Shown: piece by piece, positions 61,171 through 64,000 of the stretch
Layout of the letters: every line of letters begins with the position of its first letter
How positions within the stretch are numbered: position 1 is the stretch's first letter
Sequence record: MT446423.1
Reading direction: 5' to 3' (one strand)
Source: Escherichia virus TH58
DNA: 64,000 nucleotides
Notes under the pieces: generated by a model
Told to the model about the DNA's origin: nothing
Seen by the model: the letters and a program-made list of their open reading frames with translations, nothing else
Databases searched by the model: none
Translations under genes and position numbers: made by a program

Positions 61171-61199
61171 TGTACAACCAAGGATGGTTGGAGTATAAT
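61171..61199 (+). promoter_or_regulatory. early promoter (TGTACA-N17-TATAAT) with CAACCA / TGGTTG inverted repeat
   Basis: Near-identical to the 62163 promoter. Confidence 0.45.
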
Positions 61200-61225
61200 A
61201 AATTTTTCAACATGAGGAATATAAA

Positions 61226-62158
61226 ATGGCTTCTATTACACGTAGAGAACTTATCAAAGAATTTACCTCGAACGCATATACCCCAGGTCCTAATCCTATC
61301 CGTATGCCTGTAAAGACTCCTGAAGAGATTGAGGAAGTCTGTTCATATTATGGGATTACTTCTCGTAAGTTTACTCAATTTGAATGCGTTACTAACACAC
61401 CCGTTAAAGAGTTCATTAAAAATGGTGAGTTCAGCCGTTTATTAGCCAAACAGAAACTTCGTAATTTTTGTATCGGCGGCTACGGACAATATTTTGCTAA
61501 ACAGTTCAGAAATAACCTTAACAATCTGATGGCCATTGCTTCTCGTATTCGTCCTCAAGCAATTAACATGAAACATTTGAAATATACTTACGATAAGTTA
61601 GAAATCATGGTTATCAGTGAGAATGAGTTCACTCTTACGTATAAACCTAAGAATGATAACGTTGCTCGTGTATTCCACCAAGCGTTGGAAGTTTTAGGTG
61701 ATAATATCCACCAGATTAAAGCAATTTATTCTCGTGAGCTTAATATTATCGACCCTATCAAGAATAAGGGCCATATCGCTATCCAGGCTCGTGTATCTGT
61801 TGGTAAAAAGGTTCCTGCTCCATGGTGGCACAAAGACTCTGAATACTATCAAAATCTTAAAAAGGAAAATGCAACGTTCGAAGCGTCAATTATTGTTGCC
61901 CCAACTATCGGTAAGATTAATGCAGCTTCAGCACAACCTGTTATGTTTAATGGCACGCCGTCGACTAAACTGGAAATCTCTAATGGTCTTCTTCCTGCCG
62001 AAGATTACTATTATAATCAAATCAAAGCCACTGTGGACCAACTGTCTGTTGAACTTGACAAAGCACAAGCTAAACTTCGTGATGCTCAACAAGTAGTTAC
62101 CAAGCTCCAGTTGCAGTACTCTAAACTTTTTACCGCAATGAATGCGTTAAAATCATAA
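61226..62158 (+). CDS. hypothetical protein with C-terminal coiled coil
   Basis: 310-aa ORF. Confidence 0.45.
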   Translation: MASITRRELIKEFTSNAYTPGPNPIRMPVKTPEEIEEVCSYYGITSRKFTQFECVTNTPVKEFIKNGEFSRLLAKQKLRNFCIGGYGQYFAKQFRNNLNNLMAIASRIRPQAINMKHLKYTYDKLEIMVISENEFTLTYKPKNDNVARVFHQALEVLGDNIHQIKAIYSRELNIIDPIKNKGHIAIQARVSVGKKVPAPWWHKDSEYYQNLKKENATFEASIIVAPTIGKINAASAQPVMFNGTPSTKLEISNGLLPAEDYYYNQIKATVDQLSVELDKAQAKLRDAQQVVTKLQLQYSKLFTAMNALKS

Positions 62159-62162
62159 ATCA

Positions 62163-62192
62163 GTTTACAACCAAGGATGGTTGGAGTATAAT
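62163..62192 (+). promoter_or_regulatory. early promoter (GTTTACA-N17-TATAAT) with CAACCA / TGGTTG inverted repeat
   Basis: Consensus -35 and -10 with 17-nt spacer. Confidence 0.55.
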
Positions 62193-62220
62193 CTTTCTAT
62201 CTTAACGAGAGGAAAATATT

Positions 62221-63171
62221 ATGACACGTTCACATTACATTGATTATTTTGCAGGTCTTATCGCTAACGTTCATGCCCAACGTGCTTCTGGTTCATTAGG
62301 ATTTGATGTTCCACACCGAGTTGTAGTAAGTGGTATTCTTCGCGATTTTTGTACATACACAGGCCAAGAAAATCATATCTGTAAAGATACTCAGAATGCG
62401 TATTCTCATTCATTAGGGACACTGCTTCAATGGTTCAAACGTTCTCGTTTATTATCTTCTACTGTAGCTCGCGATAACATTAAAAACTTTATGAAGCCTA
62501 GCTTTATTAAATCTGTGACATCTAAAACCGATTTGGTTGAATTCACTATTGTTAATGATGTTAAAAAGACTCATTTGGCTGATTGGTTATCTACCATTCC
62601 TGAAACTAAATTCGCTGATAAATTTGCTTGTGAATTCAATAACCAAGTGAATATGCTTTTTAAACATTCTCGTAAATTATTCACTGGCGGTGATGGCCGT
62701 ACAAATAAAGTTCATGTTAAAGATTGGGTTACTGCAGTATTCAAACCAACTGGTAATGGTAACGCATCATTGTCAATTGATATCCAGGTTCCTTATTACT
62801 ACTCACGTAATCTCGGTACCATGAAAGCCGAAGAAATTAATAAGCACAACAAAACCGTTCGTTCGCTGTCTTATAAACTTCGTATGATGTTACAGACTAT
62901 GGATGTTGTTGAAATGTTCAGCGAAACCGAAGATAACGGTTCAATGTTATTCAGTTCTCGTATTCAAATTAAGCTGAAGAACCCTAACGAGTATAAGCCT
63001 AAGCCTATTAAAGAGCCTAAAGCAGAAAAAGTTGATAACTTAAGAGAAGAACGCGAATATCTCAAATCTCGTCTGAAAGAAGTCGAAGCCCAGATTGCAG
63101 AACAAACTAAATCATTAAAAGCTCTGAATGCAAAAGCTGATGGTTTACGAAATGCCATTGAGGTGTTATAA
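62221..63171 (+). CDS. hypothetical protein with C-terminal coiled coil
   Basis: 316-aa ORF. Confidence 0.45.
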   Translation: MTRSHYIDYFAGLIANVHAQRASGSLGFDVPHRVVVSGILRDFCTYTGQENHICKDTQNAYSHSLGTLLQWFKRSRLLSSTVARDNIKNFMKPSFIKSVTSKTDLVEFTIVNDVKKTHLADWLSTIPETKFADKFACEFNNQVNMLFKHSRKLFTGGDGRTNKVHVKDWVTAVFKPTGNGNASLSIDIQVPYYYSRNLGTMKAEEINKHNKTVRSLSYKLRMMLQTMDVVEMFSETEDNGSMLFSSRIQIKLKNPNEYKPKPIKEPKAEKVDNLREEREYLKSRLKEVEAQIAEQTKSLKALNAKADGLRNAIEVL

Positions 63172-63476
63172 TGAAACTACGTCTTTTAGAGGATATTGAC
63201 ATGAGCACTAATCACAGCTTGGTTAAGTTTATTGACTATAGTTCAAAGATTGAATTTGTTCAGCGAGATAAAATCCACGGTGAAGAAGAGTTCGTTCCTC
63301 CGGCATGGAACGAAATAATGAAAATGGTTGAACGACGTGAAAATGCTGCCAAATCGGCAGCAAAACATCCATGTCCGGAATGTGGAACTATCCAAGTCCA
63401 ACTGGTTAACTGGACCACTGATAACTTGAAATTGAAATGCCGTAAATGCTTCCACAAATTTGAGAGAACATTATAA
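63171..63476 (+). CDS. zinc-ribbon protein
   Basis: 101 aa; CPECG...CRKC four-cysteine motif. Confidence 0.45.
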   Translation: MKLRLLEDIDMSTNHSLVKFIDYSSKIEFVQRDKIHGEEEFVPPAWNEIMKMVERRENAAKSAAKHPCPECGTIQVQLVNWTTDNLKLKCRKCFHKFERTL

Positions 63477-63889
63477 TGAGATATAGCCTTCGTTGTTTTA
63501 TTGCAGCTTTAGTTTTTGCCATAATTCCATTCATTTGGAATAGCCAGAATACTTACATGGAAACTAAAGTAATTCCTGTGGAGGTAGTGGAATTAATCTC
63601 AGGCCAATCTACAGGAAAATATTCTAAATTAGAATTTATTGCCGTCTATAAAGATGAGCAAGGACGAGTTTTTGACAGGCATGTATCACCGTCGTTTTAT
63701 ACGCTTCTGAATAAAGGTGATACGATAGCTATAGAAATTCGTGAGATGGATATCAAACAAACTACTAAAGATAACTTGATTTGGTTCTTTGGTACAGTGT
63801 TGTTGGTTTCTATCTGTATCACAGGTTTTATTACATGTATTGTATTTGGCGTTGCATATTTAATCGATGAAAGGAAAAATAATGTTTAA
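63476..63889 (+). CDS. membrane protein
   Basis: 137 aa with N- and C-terminal TM helices. Confidence 0.45.
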   Translation: MRYSLRCFIAALVFAIIPFIWNSQNTYMETKVIPVEVVELISGQSTGKYSKLEFIAVYKDEQGRVFDRHVSPSFYTLLNKGDTIAIEIREMDIKQTTKDNLIWFFGTVLLVSICITGFITCIVFGVAYLIDERKNNV

Positions 63890-64000
63890 AGTGTACGGGT
63901 ATGACTCTACTATTCATAAATGCATTTATTGCGATAATGCGAAACGATTGCTGACTGTTAAGAAACAGCCATTTGAATTCATTAATGTTATGCCAGAAAA
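63882..64000 (+). CDS. nrdC: glutaredoxin-like thioredoxin NrdC (3' end outside window)
   Basis: N-terminus MFKVYGYDSTIHKCIYCDNAKRLLTVKKQPFEFINVMPEK with CxxC motif; as T4 NrdC. Confidence 0.75.
   Translation, partial: MFKVYGYDSTIHKCIYCDNAKRLLTVKKQPFEFINVMPE

Overview
This window is a ~64 kb segment of a T4-like (Tevenvirinae) myovirus genome, read in reverse relative to the usual T4 map. Gene calls rest on my recognition of T4 protein sequences, protein lengths and synteny; no search was run, so every homology statement needs HMM/BLAST confirmation. Layout: (1) 1-2052, plus strand: hoc C-terminal fragment, two small early genes, RNA ligase 2 (rnlB). (2) 2084-32348, minus strand: the canonical late structural block 24-23-22-21-68-67-20-19-18-17-16-15-14-13-wac-12-11-10-9-8-7-6-5.4-5-53, with TATAAATA late promoters and one early-promoter ORF inserted between 24 and 23. 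(3) 32410-35848, plus strand: 4-2-3-1-57A-57B (57B has 2H-phosphoesterase motifs, Acb1-like). (4) 35.9-38.5 kb: an ipI-like internal protein, small genes, two tRNAs (anticodon CAU; Arg-UCU) and a structured RNA region. (5) 38.6-45.8 kb: an expanded hyperplastic block of about 19 small early genes. (6) nudE, lysozyme e, denV interleaved with three internal-protein genes. (7) 48.7-53.7 kb: the vs.8..vs.3 / regB / vs.1 / vs / tk.4..tk.1 / tk equivalents, including a GrcA-like glycyl-radical protein, a secreted lytic-transglycosylase-like protein and a TARG1-like macrodomain. (8) rI split by a homopolymer frameshift. (9) 54.3-63.9 kb: early genes including a Pol-beta nucleotidyltransferase next to an AAA+ ATPase, then the start of nrdC. 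Throughout the early regions there are about 18 copies of a promoter stem-loop cassette and 4 near-identical terminators. I found no CRISPR array, integrase or homing endonuclease. Most worth a second look: the rI frameshift, the recombination footprints around the internal-protein genes, the TARG1-like macrodomain, the secreted SLT-like pair, the nucleotidyltransferase/ATPase pair, and a recurring FIKECR gene-junction motif.
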